A stretch of DNA of 64,000 bases, from NCBI GenBank assembly GCA_951406725.2, contig OX597815.1, positions 69,564,001 through 69,628,000 of the forward strand. The letters run 5' to 3'. Source of the DNA: Octopus vulgaris. Taxonomy: Eukaryota. This document shows, in pieces, positions 29,545 to 43,239 of the stretch; within the stretch, counting starts at the first letter, position 1, and every line of letters begins with the position of its first letter. The translations under genes were made by a program, and so were the position numbers. The notes under the pieces were generated by a model. It was not told the origin of the DNA. It did no database searches and saw nothing but the letters and a program-made list of their open reading frames with translations.

Positions 29545-30097
29545 ATCTTTTGCTTGTTCCAATCATTGAACTGCGGTTAGGCTAGGGCACCACCTTGAAA
29601 GGTTTGGTTGAACAATTCGACCCCAGAACTTACTTTTTAAAGCCTGGTTCTTATTTAATCGGTTCTCTTTTGCCAAACCACTAATTTACGGGAATGTAAG
29701 CAAAGCGACACTGGTTGTCAAGCAGTAGTGGCACGGACACAAACACTCAGACACACACACAAACATTTATGTATATCAGCCGAAATTGCGAAGATGATCC
29801 GGTTTTTGACTGAAGATCGAAGGCTTCGAATGTCCCGTCCGTTTTTTTGTATCGTCTTCTAAATGTTTTGCGTTCTTGTCCCAGTTTGTGTTTTTTTACA
29901 TTTATCCTATATATATGTATATATATATATATATATATTTGCGACTGGCTTCCGTATAGTTTCCGTATAGTAAATTCACTTACAAAGCATTTGTTGGCCT
30001 AGGGCAGTAATGGAAGAGGTGCAGCAAAGTGGGACAGAACTCGAAACCACATGGTTGCCAAGCAAGCTTCTTAACCATACAGCCATGCCTGCACCTA
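29545..30097 (-). mobile_element. Full-length tRNA-derived SINE with a nested ~130-bp insert (29777-29910) in its internal microsatellite
   Basis: Minus-strand head GGTGCAGGCATGGCTGTATGGTTAAG...GAGTTCTGTCCC; 3' part homologous to 58535-58730, 60785-60985 and 61070-61270. Confidence 0.75.
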
Positions 30098-30325
30098 TAC
30101 AGACAGACCGTAAAAATACACTTTCGCTTTTGTTGTAACGATCATTTCTCTTTTGCTTTTGTTATTACTATTAGTAGTAATATTAGCATTATTATTATCT
30201 CTGTTATTTTTATTACCAGTAGTAGTATTAGTATTAGTATTATCTTTGTCGTTGTAGTTACTATCACATGAATCTACATTCGTATTGTTATCGGTTTTAT
30301 TCTTACTGTCATCATTTACATAAAT

Positions 30326-30372
<47 letters not shown>

Positions 30373-31100
30373 TGTTGTTGTTGTTGTTGTTGTGGTGGTG
30401 GTGGTGGGTGTTCCTGTACGTTAACTATGGAATTATCGTTACCATCTGGACAATTGTTCCTACACATAAAAGGTTTTCCTGCATTCGCTCCCCTCTTTCA
30501 ACAATCAACACATGAACGGAAGCAAATAAGAATGACAACACAAAGACAACGAAAAGAATCAAATACAGTAGAGAAACCCGACTGTTTCTATTGTTACTCG
30601 TTCCTCATTCCTCAGAAACAAACTGCCAAGCCGTCGGTCTAAAGCAACAAACAAGCAAACGAACAAATAAATAAATAAATAAAATCTAGCAGACCCACGA
30701 GCAGCGGTAACAGGGATTGATGAAGCCAAAAACAAAAAAAAACCAGAAATACTTCTGTCTTGCAACCGTCATTACTGCAGCCATATTGAAGAGCGAGTAT
30801 TTCTGCATTCATGGTAGAATTAATAACAAATAACAGATAAAAGTTGGCAATAGATAAAAATAAGATATAACGAAACGTATCATCACGAAACAGCTTTCCC
30901 TGAATGATGGTGGTGGCTGTGTGGAATGTTTATGTATAGTATTTCCCCTCTAATTCATTCATTGAACAAAAACAATAATAAACACGATTATAACATATTT
31001 TAAAGTCAAACAGGACTTGTCTTACTATGGTGAATCTAACAATACCAGTGATGATGAAGATGATGACGATGACAGTAATAACAACAGGAACAGCAGCAAC

Positions 31101-31160
<60 letters not shown>

Positions 31161-31236
31161 GGTGGGTGGTGGTGGTGGTGGTGGTGGTGGCTTTGGTGGT
31201 AGTAGTAGTAGTATCAGCATCAATAGCAGCTGCAAC

Positions 31237-31307
<71 letters not shown>

Positions 31308-31564
31308 CAGCAGCAGCAGCTGCAGCAGGGGCAGCAGCAGCGGCAGTAGCAGTAGTAGTAGTTATGATTTCTTTTATTGGCCACAGGAGCCCAAAACAAA
31401 AAATACAACCAACGATACGAAAATAGAATTCAGAAAAATAAATGATATTAATAGTAACAATCCTTTTTGCAATAGGCTCAAGGCCTGAAACATTTCGGGG
31501 AAGGGGGCTAGTCAATTACATCGATCACAGTGCGCAACGGGTACTTATTTACGCACTGGGGTCG

Positions 31565-31598
<34 letters not shown>

Positions 31599-31610
31599 TG
31601 ATGATGATGA

Positions 31611-32058
31611 TTTTATTTGCCACCAGGGCGAAGTATGAGGGGGACAATACAAAGACAGACATCAAGTGTGGAGTTTTTACATATAATGATACGAGAGAGA
31701 AATATATATATATAAAATGTATAGAACGTATACACAATATATTACAATAAGACAGAAAAGGGAAGCATGCAAAGTATACAATAGTACAAATAAAATGAAA
31801 GGGATGAGTAATGATAAAAATACTCGAGGAAACCCACTGTCCAAGATCTCCCTGAACACCAAGGGCAGATACTCTCTGCAGTTCCTGTTCTTCAACTCAC
31901 AGATCTATACTTAAAGCGGTATCATCCACTTTTGTCATTTTCGCAACTTTCACCCACCTTTCGATAAATTCACTTGACGACAGCACCTTCCTCTCCACCC
32001 GCACTTTCCTTTCCAAGTGAAACTCGAAAAAGTCGATGAGGGCTCTGCCAAAGAGAAG
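31611..32058 (-). mobile_element. L1/Tx1-like LINE 3' end
   Basis: Minus frame LFGRALIDFFEFHLERKVRVERKVLSSSEFIERWVKV...DL*, then a 3' UTR ending AATAAA and (ATC/ATT)n. Confidence 0.5.
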
Positions 32059-32070
32059 ATAATAATAATG

Positions 32071-32143
<73 letters not shown>

Positions 32144-32180
32144 TACTAAAATTAAATAATCATTGAGAATTTTACTGATA

Positions 32181-33894
32181 GGATTCAAGTCAAATATTGT
32201 GGAAAAATATATTTTAAAAAAGTCATTTTAAAAAAGTAATAAGATATAACTAATGATTTATTATTATCACTTAAAATTGATGCAAATTATATGCCGCACT
32301 CTTTAAAAAATCAATTTTTCTTGTTGACCCATATTCAATGACCAATCTTTTGAGGTATTCAGTTATTCTTCTATATCATGTACATGAATTTGACGGATCT
32401 CCTCCAAGAATTTGAGTCATTTTATCTTCCTTCAGAGTTTTGATTAATTTCCAAATATTCAAATGTGCTCTACCCGCAGAATGAAACCCCTCCTCAGCAT
32501 TATTTGTTATGGGAAGATCTTGAAGAATACGCTGATTAACATTCCATACAGCTATCGGGAATGTAGGTGGTTCTTTCCTTCGTCTAGCACCACGTCTTCT
32601 CACAACATCTATGTAAGTCAAGTCGAAGTAAGCGATGAATTCAGCAGGTATTTTTTCATCGTCTATTAATTCTTCATACACCTCTTCGACATCTTGAACG
32701 AGCAGGAAGGCTAATGCTGAAAAACATCGAATTTTTAAGACAGAATACAGAGTCATTATTATATTTTTCTTTGTGGCCTAAATCTGTAATTTTTCGAAAT
32801 AATGATTGGCTCAAATGAAACAAACATGCCACGATAGATGAATTAGGGTATGATGAATTAAATGCCTTATGAACTGCAACTTCAAAATCTTCCATGAGTT
32901 CAAGCGGATATGCATTAGGTTGCATAATTTTCAGTTGCTTGAAAAATAATTCGTATGTCTGCTTTGTTTTATTCGGCTGTAATACAAAGACCTGTGGAAA
33001 ACTAACTTGTACATGAATGCTGGACAGTTGAAACAACTGTTCTGATACAATTTCGAACGTTCCATTACATGCCCATTGACGATATGATGCTATATCCTGA
33101 AGAGCACTTTCTAATGCAAATACTAGTATGCGCTGTTGATCCTCGATACCCGAATCGTATCTTGGAAACTGTTCGCCATTACCATATTTTACAATATTTT
33201 ACAAGTATTTCAAAACTAGTTCTAGCCCCTGGATCAGCGGGAAATTCAGAATTTTTTGTCGGTACCTTTGAATAGTCTTTGAAAGTATAAACGAGGAAGT
33301 TGAGAGCAAGTATTTTCTGTTAGCTGCGTAACTTACTATGCGAACTTACTGCTAAGTTTTCCACCACTTCATGCTTTATTTCTGCAACTGATTTTTCAGC
33401 ATTTAACGAATCTACATCAGCTGGATGAAGGTGCTCACTAGAAAAATAAATAGGTTTCGGCTCATTGTTTTCTGTTACCGTGTGAATTCGTACTGAACAC
33501 ATCTTTTCTCACATCTCCAGTATTCTCTTCCTAGTTTTGTATTGCTTGAATGAAAATCGTAGATGTATCGGGATGGGTAAATTACAAATGCGTACACTAA
33601 ATTTGCAGCACTCTCTATACACAGCACCGTACTTAAGAGAGAGAAGGAAAAAGAGACAGTAAAACTGTTAACAGAGAAGGAAAAAGAACGATAATGACAA
33701 TCGTGTAACGAGGCTCGTTATTGTTCTGTGAATATATCATTAGAGATATTTCACTTTGTTTCCTAAAGAGGTTTTTTGAAACTGAACAAAAAGTCATTGA
33801 ACAAAAAAGACCATCGGGCAAAAAGACGTCGAACCATAAGACGTAGACAAAAAAACGTTTGACGAAGTGACGTCGGATGAAAAGACATAGCACC
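32181..33894 (-). mobile_element. MULE (Mutator-like) transposon with degraded transposase
   Basis: NGTF, LQPNKTKQTY, MEDFE.AV, ACLFHLSQ (CxxH), TNNAEEGFH; FLYWCH-like WRC...H.H upstream; short GACAAAAAGAC-like subterminal repeats at 33785-33890. Confidence 0.85.
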
Positions 33895-34039
33895 AGATTA
33901 TAAGAAAGCATATGACATGATCCTATACTCATGGATAAGTGAATGTTTGAGTATATTCAGTTTAGTAGACAACATAAGAGTATTCATTAGCTGTAGCACG
34001 AAGAAATGATGGTGACACACTGTCAGGGAAAGTTAATTC

Positions 34040-35055
34040 AGCTCTTGTGATGAATTTTCCAGGGGGACTTGTTGTCCCTTCTAATATTTATCTTGTATTC
34101 GACCCCACCTCCTCAGCTTAGTATTAAGGAAGGCAAAGTCAAGGTATCAATTTAGAAATAGTAAGGGAAAAATTAACCATTTGCTCTATATGGATGATCT
34201 AAAACTTTTTAGTATGAATGGAAAAGAGATAGATTCCTTAATACAGGCTGTAAGACTTTTCAGCAAAGATACAGGCATGGAATTTGGCAAAGATAAGTGT
34301 GCAGTATTAGTCATGAGAAGGGGACAGGTAGTCAAGTGCGAAGGCATCCAAGTACCAGATGGACAGACATTATAATCATTGATAGGAGGAGAGAGTTACA
34401 AGTATCTGGGAGCATTAGAATCTGACAGAGTACTAACTATAGAAATGGAAGCGAAAATTGAGGAGTACATCAGAAGGCTGAGAAAGCTAGTGAAGTCAAA
34501 GCTAAATGGTCCGAATCTAGTGAAGGCTGTAAATACTTAGGAATATCATTACTTAGGCACTCAGCAGCTTTTATAGATTGGACAAGAGCTGAATTAGCAA
34601 AGCTAGACAGAAGGACTGGGAAGGAATCCAATATGAATGGAGGACTTCACCCAAGCGTAGGAGTAGCAAGATTATATTTAGCTAAAAAGGACGGTAGAAG
34701 AGGGTCAACATCAGTAGAAGACTGCGTGGAGTTAGCTAGAGTAGATATAGACTCTTATGTAGGTAATAGTGAAGAAAGGTTATTAAAAGATTCCAGAGTC
34801 ATGGAAAGCCGCAGGGAAACCAAAAACTCAAACGGACTTAAAAGCCAGAAGTTATCTGACTGGTAGAAGAGAGGGTTGCATGGTAGATTCCCGCAGATAG
34901 TCTCAGCAAATAGTAGTTGTGAGACATGGTTATGGTTGCAGAAAATAAGGCGAAAAAGGGAGACAGAAAGTTTGTTAATAGCAGCACAAGATCAAGCATT
35001 AAGGACTAATTGGATAACAGCCTAGATAGACAAAAACCAAGTAGATTCCAGTTGT
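34040..35055 (+). mobile_element. R4/Dong-clade LINE fragment
   Basis: FQGD, NHLLYMDDLKLF, GMEFGKDKC, YKYLG, LHP...RLYL, ETESLLIAAQDQALRT. Confidence 0.88.
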
Positions 35056-36029
35056 CAAGCGATGGTGGGGGACAAACACACACACATATATAGGAGGGTT
35101 TCTTTCAGTTTCTATCTACCGAATCCACTCACAAGGATTTGGTTGGCCCGAGAGCATAGTAGAAGGCACTTTCCCAAGGGAACAGCCACCTTAATTTCCA
35201 AAACTACAGATACCATAAACCCGCAGAACAACGGACCCATAATCCTTCCCCTTACAAAACCTTAACTGCAATAATACATACGTGCATATATGGAGACGTG
35301 CCTGCTTTTATGTCTTGCAATTGCCTTGGTGCTGTGTAAATTCCAAATTGCTTCTTGGTTAGGAATCGGTTCTTTTCCTATTGATGAGATATTCGAAAAA
35401 TATAAACAGAATATGCATACAGGCATATACATAGATACATACATACATACTTACATGCATGCATACATACATACACTCACATGCACGCGCACACACATGT
35501 ATATATAGACACATGCACAAACATACACAAACATACACAAACATACACACATGTATATATATATGTATATACTGATATATATATACATATACATGTATAT
35601 GTGTGTGTATGTAAATATATATGTATACATACATACACACAAACCTACACACACATAACACACACACACATGCACACGCACACACACACACTCATATGAT
35701 GAACAAAAACAGTAAAAAGCTACAAAATAAATAAAAAAAGACAAAAAAAAGAATAAAGTTTATAAAAATTGTGTAATGTCATAAAATTGTGATAAACAAA
35801 CACGAATGGAAGTGGGTAGAGGAGAGGGAAGAGGCAAATTGTGAGAGGCGGTGGGAGGATGACATACATGAAGATGATGACGAGTTATAATTGAGGAATG
35901 CTTACCAATATTGGGATAATTAGCAGAAAATATATCATAATGGAAGGTAAAAAAAAAACAACCATATTTTCACCAGCAGACTCTGTAAACTTCTAACCAC
36001 CACCTTTTATTATCAGCGTCATTATAATG

Positions 36030-37200
36030 ATTATATTGGTGGTGGTGGTGGTGGTGGTGGTGGTGGTGATGGTGATGGTCGTGGTGATGATGCTGGGCTT
36101 GTTAGTTGGTGCCGGTTGTGGTGGTGGTAGTAGTGATGGTGATGATCGTGGTGGTTGTGATGGTGGTAATGGTGGTGGTGGTACTGATGGTGGTGAGGGT
36201 GATAGTAGTAGTGATGATGGTGGGATTGTTTGTAGGGTTGATGGTGGTGGTGGTGATGATGACGATGATGGTGGTGGCAGTGGTGTAATGATGACAGCGG
36301 TATTGATGGTGATGATGGAGGTGGTGATGGTGGTGGTAGTGATGGCGGTAGTGGTGGTGGTAGTGGTGTTGCTGGTTGTAGTGGTAGTGGTGGTAATGAT
36401 GGTGGTGTAGGGATGATGATAATAATAGTGATGGTGGTGGTGGTGGTAGTTGCAATGGTGGTGGTTGTAATAATGTTGACAATGGCGAAAGATGGTGGTG
36501 GTGTTAGTGTTGTTGACAGTGTTCATGGCCTCATATTGATGTTACTTGATGGTAGGTATAGTTGCTCGAGAGTTGGTATGATGGAGGTTTTGCGTGGTGT
36601 TGATGGTGGAGGTAGTATTGGTTGTGGTAATGGTGGTGGTAGTGTTGCTGGTGATAGGGTCGGTGAAGACAGTTTTGTTGTTGTATTGTTAGTGGTGGTG
36701 GTGGTGTAGGTGGGTGGTGGTATTGGTGCTAGTAATGTTAATGGTAGCGGATTCGGTGGTGGTAGTTGTGATGGCGGTAGTGGAGATGGTGTCCCTGGTA
36801 ACGATATTGTGAGGCAGGGCTGACGCTTGACGCTATATAGTGACGGTGTTGCTGTTGTTGTTATTTAGTTCTAGATCATACAGATATATGGTCAAAATCA
36901 CTCCATCCATGACTACCCCTGTTTTTAAACTTATCATCATCACCAGTACTACCACCAAAGTCATCACCACTGCAACCAACACTGCCACCACCATCACCGC
37001 ACCACCATTAGCACAGCCATTACCACCATCATTAACTCTATTACCAAGAATTTTATCACCACCACCACCACCAACAACAACGCCACCATTACCACCATCA
37101 TCACAATCATCACCCTCACGACCTCCACCACCACCACTACAATTACCACCACCATCTTTATACCCCATCACAACGTCCTTCATAACATCCACAACCTTTG
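36030..37200. repeat. Cryptic (GGT/GAT)n tract followed by an oppositely oriented (ACC/ATC)n tract
   Basis: GGT-rich at 36030-36800 and ACC-rich at 36900-37200. Confidence 0.85.
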
Positions 37201-37705
37201 GCACAAAGTCACAGCCACACTCCAAATTCTGATTAATTTTGGTTTGCATTCACTTAAGCGTTCATTACTCACTCGTCTTTCCGACTCTTTTCACCGATGT
37301 GATATCCATCTTTCAGACATAGTACGCATCCTCACCTTTATGGCGAATTCTTTCTCCCACTAAATGTTGGCAGGCTGGAATTTCCTCTTTCTTACTGGGG
37401 GCAACTTTGCATCTTGGGCAACTGTTTTCTAGTATAGAACTTGTTCGACTCATATATTGTGAATTAAATTGAGAAGACGGAAACTACACGTGTCTGCGGA
37501 GTATTCAGTCACTTACTCGCAAAGTAATTGAATGAATACGAAATTTAATAAATCGAACGATTGACTTCTCATCTCCCTGCCTACCTACCTACCTACCTAC
37601 CTGCCTACCTGCCTGCCTGCCTGCCTGTCTGTCTGTTTATCTATGTTTTATATTATAATAGATATATTATACAATATATATATATGCACATATACACAGA
37701 CATAA

Positions 37706-37836
<131 letters not shown>

Positions 37837-37887
37837 TACATACATACACATATATATGTACATATACATATATATGTATATATAAAG

Positions 37888-37923
<36 letters not shown>

Positions 37924-37971
37924 CGTACATCCATATATATACACACACATATATATATATATATATATATT

Positions 37972-38024
<53 letters not shown>

Positions 38025-38065
38025 ATGTATGTATATATGTAAGTATCTATCTATCTATCTATCTA

Positions 38066-38119
<54 letters not shown>

Positions 38120-38916
38120 TGTGTATCCGTGTGGATGTGTACACCATATGCATGCTATATACATGCACACTTAAATTTGATTGGAGAATGTATTTTGCTC
38201 TTTTTTTTTTCTTTTTAGCGACGAGTTAACGAATTTAATTCTAACAAACAGTGAATAAGTGCTAAACGGTGCATTCTATAATATCAGTCTATTGAAATAT
38301 TCTTACCTATCTATAATTGAATGCATTCTCTCTTGAATTTATTCCATTATACACGCATACGCACATACATATATATACTACATATACACTTATTCTCTGA
38401 AACACTTAAGCCCTCATCTACTTTATCTGCTCCTTTCCTTTTTGCTTCCTCCTCCTCTTCCTCCTCTTCTTGCACCTCTGTCTTTCTTACACGTGTAAAT
38501 GCACCCTATGCACTTCCGTGTACACAAATATACATGCATGATGCATGTTCTCATCGATTCTTTTGATCCTTAAATATTTAAAAGATCCTTCATTTAAAAT
38601 TTTGTGAAAGAATCACATAATAGGATCACATGATATAATCATATGAAAGAGCCACATGACCAACTTTGGTGTTCTATTTTATAGAGGAATTTGATAACTT
38701 GATACACACGCACACACACGCACACGCACACACACATGCACACGCACATACACACATACACATTATTGACCACACATATTTAATGTAAATGCTTTGGTTG
38801 TTCGCAAGTAGGCTGTGATTTAGCGCAGTGAAAGTGACTCCATCAAAAGCGTCGGATGTTAAAACATCTCGAAGTCATAGACAGGTGAAACAACTCGCCC
38901 AGAATCGCATTCGGGA

Positions 38917-38963
38917 ACGATGGATATCGATGTTTTGCCATTTTTGTGGCTTATCAACACCAC
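38917..38963 (-). ncRNA. Fossil type I hammerhead motif
   Basis: Minus strand: gtggtg TTGATAA GCCA caaaaa TGGC AAA ACATCGATAT C catcgt; all deviations from CTGATGA/GAAA/GTC are transitions. Confidence 0.45.
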
Positions 38964-39037
38964 GTACATGAACCAAGTTGGAGGTAAAGTGAATCGCCAG
39001 TCCATGACTATATACAAATAGTGTAAAAAGCTACAAA

Positions 39038-39202
39038 ATGGTCCAGCGACGGTCTAACAGTGGTCCAATAATAGTCTAACAACAGTCTAACAATGATCTA
39101 ATAACGATGTAACAAAGGTTTAGCTCTCATCTAACAGTGATCCAACAACGGTCTAATAACGGTCTAGCAACAGTAGACAACGGTCTAACATTGGGCTAAC
39201 AA
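39038..39202. repeat. 11-bp minisatellite (ACGGTCTAACA-like), ~14 degenerate copies
   Basis: Directly visible periodic GGTCTAACAAC units. Confidence 0.85.
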
Positions 39203-39612
39203 AAACGTTGAGCTGAAAGAGCTCTTGCAATTAACTTTCAAACAAGAACTATGTACATTTTTGTGATATTAATATAGAAACTAATAACACAAGAGAAACT
39301 CCATAAAACATGATTAAACATGATTAAGGATCCTAACTGATATTATATATTAATGTCGACAGTGAATGTTTGCGTAGATATAAAACTTTCATCAAGGAAA
39401 ACATTATTAAGTCTGCGATGAAATTTAATAGTGGAAAAGCTAAGAGGTTTGAGCTCATAAAAATACACAGAATCTAATTAACAATAACTATGATGGTACG
39501 TTGTTAGGTTAATTAATATGTTAAATGATATATTCTTCAAAGTTGAAGCCTTTTATAACGTTACAGTAAATTACACTTTTTAAGTTAAAAAATTATTAAA
39601 AAATCAAAGATA

Positions 39613-39676
<64 letters not shown>

Positions 39677-40296
39677 CTTATTACTCAGAGTTACGGGCAA
39701 AGTATAAAACATAAGCTATGAATAGAAATGAAAAATTTTAAGAAATAAGTTTTCCTTAATCGAGTATCATAAAAGCATCGCCGCTGCAAATCTATAACCA
39801 ACAATCAGAAGCAAAGCGTAATTTTTCAGTACTACATACCGTTTTTCAATGAAAATAGGAAGTCTTTGGCATCTAAAAATATGTGTTACATAAGTAGCAT
39901 TACCATTGCACTTTCTTGTAGGTAAGTTATACATCTATTACCAGGAGGCACTGCTCTGTCTCACTAAATAGAATATAGAAATGAAATTTGAAGTTCTTGG
40001 CAACGAATAGCAGATTTTGTCTGAGTTTCACTAAATCTGCAAGACTAAAGTACTTCTACGTCTTATGTAATAGAATGTGAAGTTGAAATGTAAAGTTTTT
40101 TGGGGGTTTTTGGCATCAAAAACCAGATGTTACATAAGTGGCATGAACACTGCGCTTTTTCGTAAATAAATAAAGTATCTGTTAAAAGGAGGCAGTACTA
40201 TGTCTTACTTAACATTTCATGAAAATGACTTCATTAGAACACTGTTAAAACCTGCACAAATGGTACAGAGATAATGGTATCGACTCACAACAGTAA

Positions 40297-40572
40297 TATG
40301 AGAACAAACCGCAGAGAGTGGTGGAGTCGGAGACTAGCAAAATCCTCTGGAATTTCCCAACCCAAACAGATTAGGTGCTAGAACATAACAGGCCGGATCT
40401 AGTGGTGGTGGACAACGTGCACCACATGTGCTTTATAGTTGATGTTGCATGTCCGTTTCGCCAATCACAGAGATTTACGATAAAAGTCAAGATGTGGAGC
40501 TAAACACAAAGCAGCAAAGGGGATATGAGCTGGGTCTTTGAGAACAGTACCAGAAGGCATCAGGAGGAATAT
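40297..40572 (+). repeat. Local partial duplicate of the adjacent R4/Dong endonuclease region
   Basis: 40297-40451 equals 41110-41264 and 40529-40572 equals 41373-41416. Confidence 0.9.
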
Positions 40573-40748
40573 CAAGAAAAGTGTTTCACATTACCACATA
40601 CACAAATAAGTACTCACACGTTCACTCTCTCTCTCCCCTCTCTCCCTCTCTCTTTCACACACACACACACACAATGATACACAAACACACATGCACACAC
40701 ACATACACACACACATACACACAAATATTATAAGATAATGACTATAGG

Positions 40749-40790
<42 letters not shown>

Positions 40791-40799
40791 CATTACACA

Positions 40800-41582
40800 A
40801 TCAATTCCATGCAGCCACAATATAAGTTGCTGGGGGAAATAGGTGGGATTGGCTGATGAAGGGAACCCTTAAAAAAGAGACCGAGAGCATTATACTGGCA
40901 GCGCAAGACCAAGCTTTGGCCACTAGCTAGGGGGTCAATCTTAGGAATGAGCAAGTGTTTCCGCTATGCCGCATCTGTAACAGAGTGGATGAAACCATTG
41001 CCCATTTCACGAACGCATGCCCTAGACTTGCCCAAAGCCACTACACTTTGTGGAGACACGATCATGTAGCGAAAGTGCTACACTGGAAACTAAAGAGAAG
41101 CACACGTGGTATGAGAACAAACCGCAGAGAGTGGTGGAGTCGGAGACTAGCAAAATCCTCTGGAATTTCCCAACCCAAACAGATTAGGTGCTAGAACATA
41201 ACAGGCCGGATCTAGTGGTGGTGGACAACGTGCACCACATGTGCTTTATAGTTGATGTTGCATGCCCCTTTGATCCACGAATAGTCAAGAAGGAAGGCGA
41301 AAAAACAGATAAATACAACTCTCTTCAGCCTGGCTATGGAAAATGAAGAAGGTGAAGATAATGCCAATTATTGCTGGGTCTTTGAGAACAGTACCAGAAG
41401 GCATCAGGAGGAATATAAAGGAAATTGGAGTAGAGTGCCCAGCAGAACTGGCACGGCCAGAATAATCAGGCCAGTATTAGATAGCTGAAAAGAACGGATA
41501 GCATAGTAACGTAGGCTGCAGGTAGCAAGCCCGCTACGCATGCAAGAATCCAGGAGTTCCAACAAAACCCGTGATAAAAAGA
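40800..41582 (+). mobile_element. R4/Dong LINE 3' end (CCHC and restriction-like endonuclease) ending in (TAA)n
   Basis: AAQDQAL, CRICNRVDETIAHFTNAC, RHDHVA, NRPDLVVVD...IVDVACP; (TAA)n from 41583. Confidence 0.9.
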
Positions 41583-41653
<71 letters not shown>

Positions 41654-41721
41654 CAACAATAACAATAACAATAACAACACCAATAATAACAATAATAATA
41701 ATAATAATAATAATAATAATC

Positions 41722-43235
41722 ATACCAAGTACGTATCTGGCGGGGTTAAGCCTGTCTCATGGGAGGAGGGGTACCTTTAGCCCTAGTCGGCAACCTCTCT
41801 AGAGAAGGTGACTCAATAAAAACATCGATGGTTGTGTCACCTCAACATCAAAATTCTCTGGATTGAATATGTCAAATACAATGATATAAAACAATGGAGT
41901 GAACGAGACTGGCACTAAAAACAGTGTACACGCGGGTAGGTGTGGTCTCTAGAGCCTTGACTAGCAACCCACTTAGTGATGGCGTCACGATAAAAACACT
42001 GGTGACTGCACAACCTTACAAAGCTACCGCTAAATGAGTGATGTTAAAAATAACCACAACTGCGCTAACGGGACTGGAACTGTTAACAGTGAAGGTGTCG
42101 CGTACGGTTGGCAGGGAGTATCTGATCAAAGCTATTGATCAGGACCAAAATTGTAGTCAAAACTGCAAAAGAAAATAATGAAATGGGAAGATGTAAACAA
42201 AATAATTATAGAATGTTGATTGAGGAGTGAGCCAAATAAAAGAGGCTGCATGAATCGAATGAAGAGAATATGGGATGAAAAAGAGGTTTTGAAGCACCCG
42301 CCCAGCAACCGATAGACCAAGCAAGAACAATCCGTAGGAACGACTAGATTACGGGAGTAAATAGCGGAAGGAGAGTGAAACAGCAGTAGCAGAAAGCTGT
42401 AATGATGGCGTAAAAGATGAAGAATACGAAACAGATGGAAAACGCAGAGTACCAGAGAATACTGATAAATTAACTAATGAAGGCGATCTAGATCGACGAG
42501 TGACAGTAAATACTGTACAAAACTTGAATGACGAAGAGAGGAGATTTTATAAATGTTGCGAGATAAAAATGTCTGATGGGAACAATGAAGTACCACCAAA
42601 TGTAAGATATATGGACATAAAAAAAGTGAGGAGAGCCACAGGCAAAGTAAATGACGTTTTAAGCTTGATTAAAACAGAAAACATCAGTGAAACAAACCAG
42701 CTAATCATAGCTGCTGCTAATGTAGTTAACATAGTAGGCTACAAGCGAAAAACTGAAGATATGAAAGCAAATGAAAGGAAAGAACCAAACAGAATGAAGC
42801 TGGAAAAGACACGGAAAGAACTGGGGCAATTGAATAGGATAATGAGAGGAGAGCTCAAGAATAAGGCAGTAATCAAAATATTGATTGGACAGTATAGGTT
42901 AGAAGAAAGGGGAAAACAAACAGTACATGAAAAATTGACACAAAAGGTAACAGCATTAAAAGCCAAATTGAAAATATATGATGCAAATGTGTGTATTTGA
43001 GGAAACAGAGAGAACCAACACCAGGAGCTGATTCTAAATGCAGAAGAAAGTAAAGAATTTTGAAGAGGGCTGTGTAACAGGCCGGCGAGGCGTATAGAAT
43101 GCGCAACTGTTCCAAGATAAAAGGACGTCAGAATCAATGTATATACAGTGAGACAAATTTTTTTTTAAATAGCAAATTGGAAAGGAGCAGACCCGGTTGG
43201 GGTACAAAGCTGTTGGCTGAAGAACTTTACACAGT
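41722..43235 (+). mobile_element. R4/Dong LINE 5' region (UTR and degraded N-terminal ORF)
   Basis: Starts after (TAA)n; RMKRIW...DQARTIR, ISETNQLIIAAA, KLTQKVTALKAKL, NWKGADPVGVQSCWLK. Confidence 0.7.
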
Positions 43236-43239
43236 TGTG

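Noticed and set aside
39038-39202. CRISPR-like array
   Set aside because: Contiguous 11-bp units without unique spacers, eukaryotic context and no cas genes.
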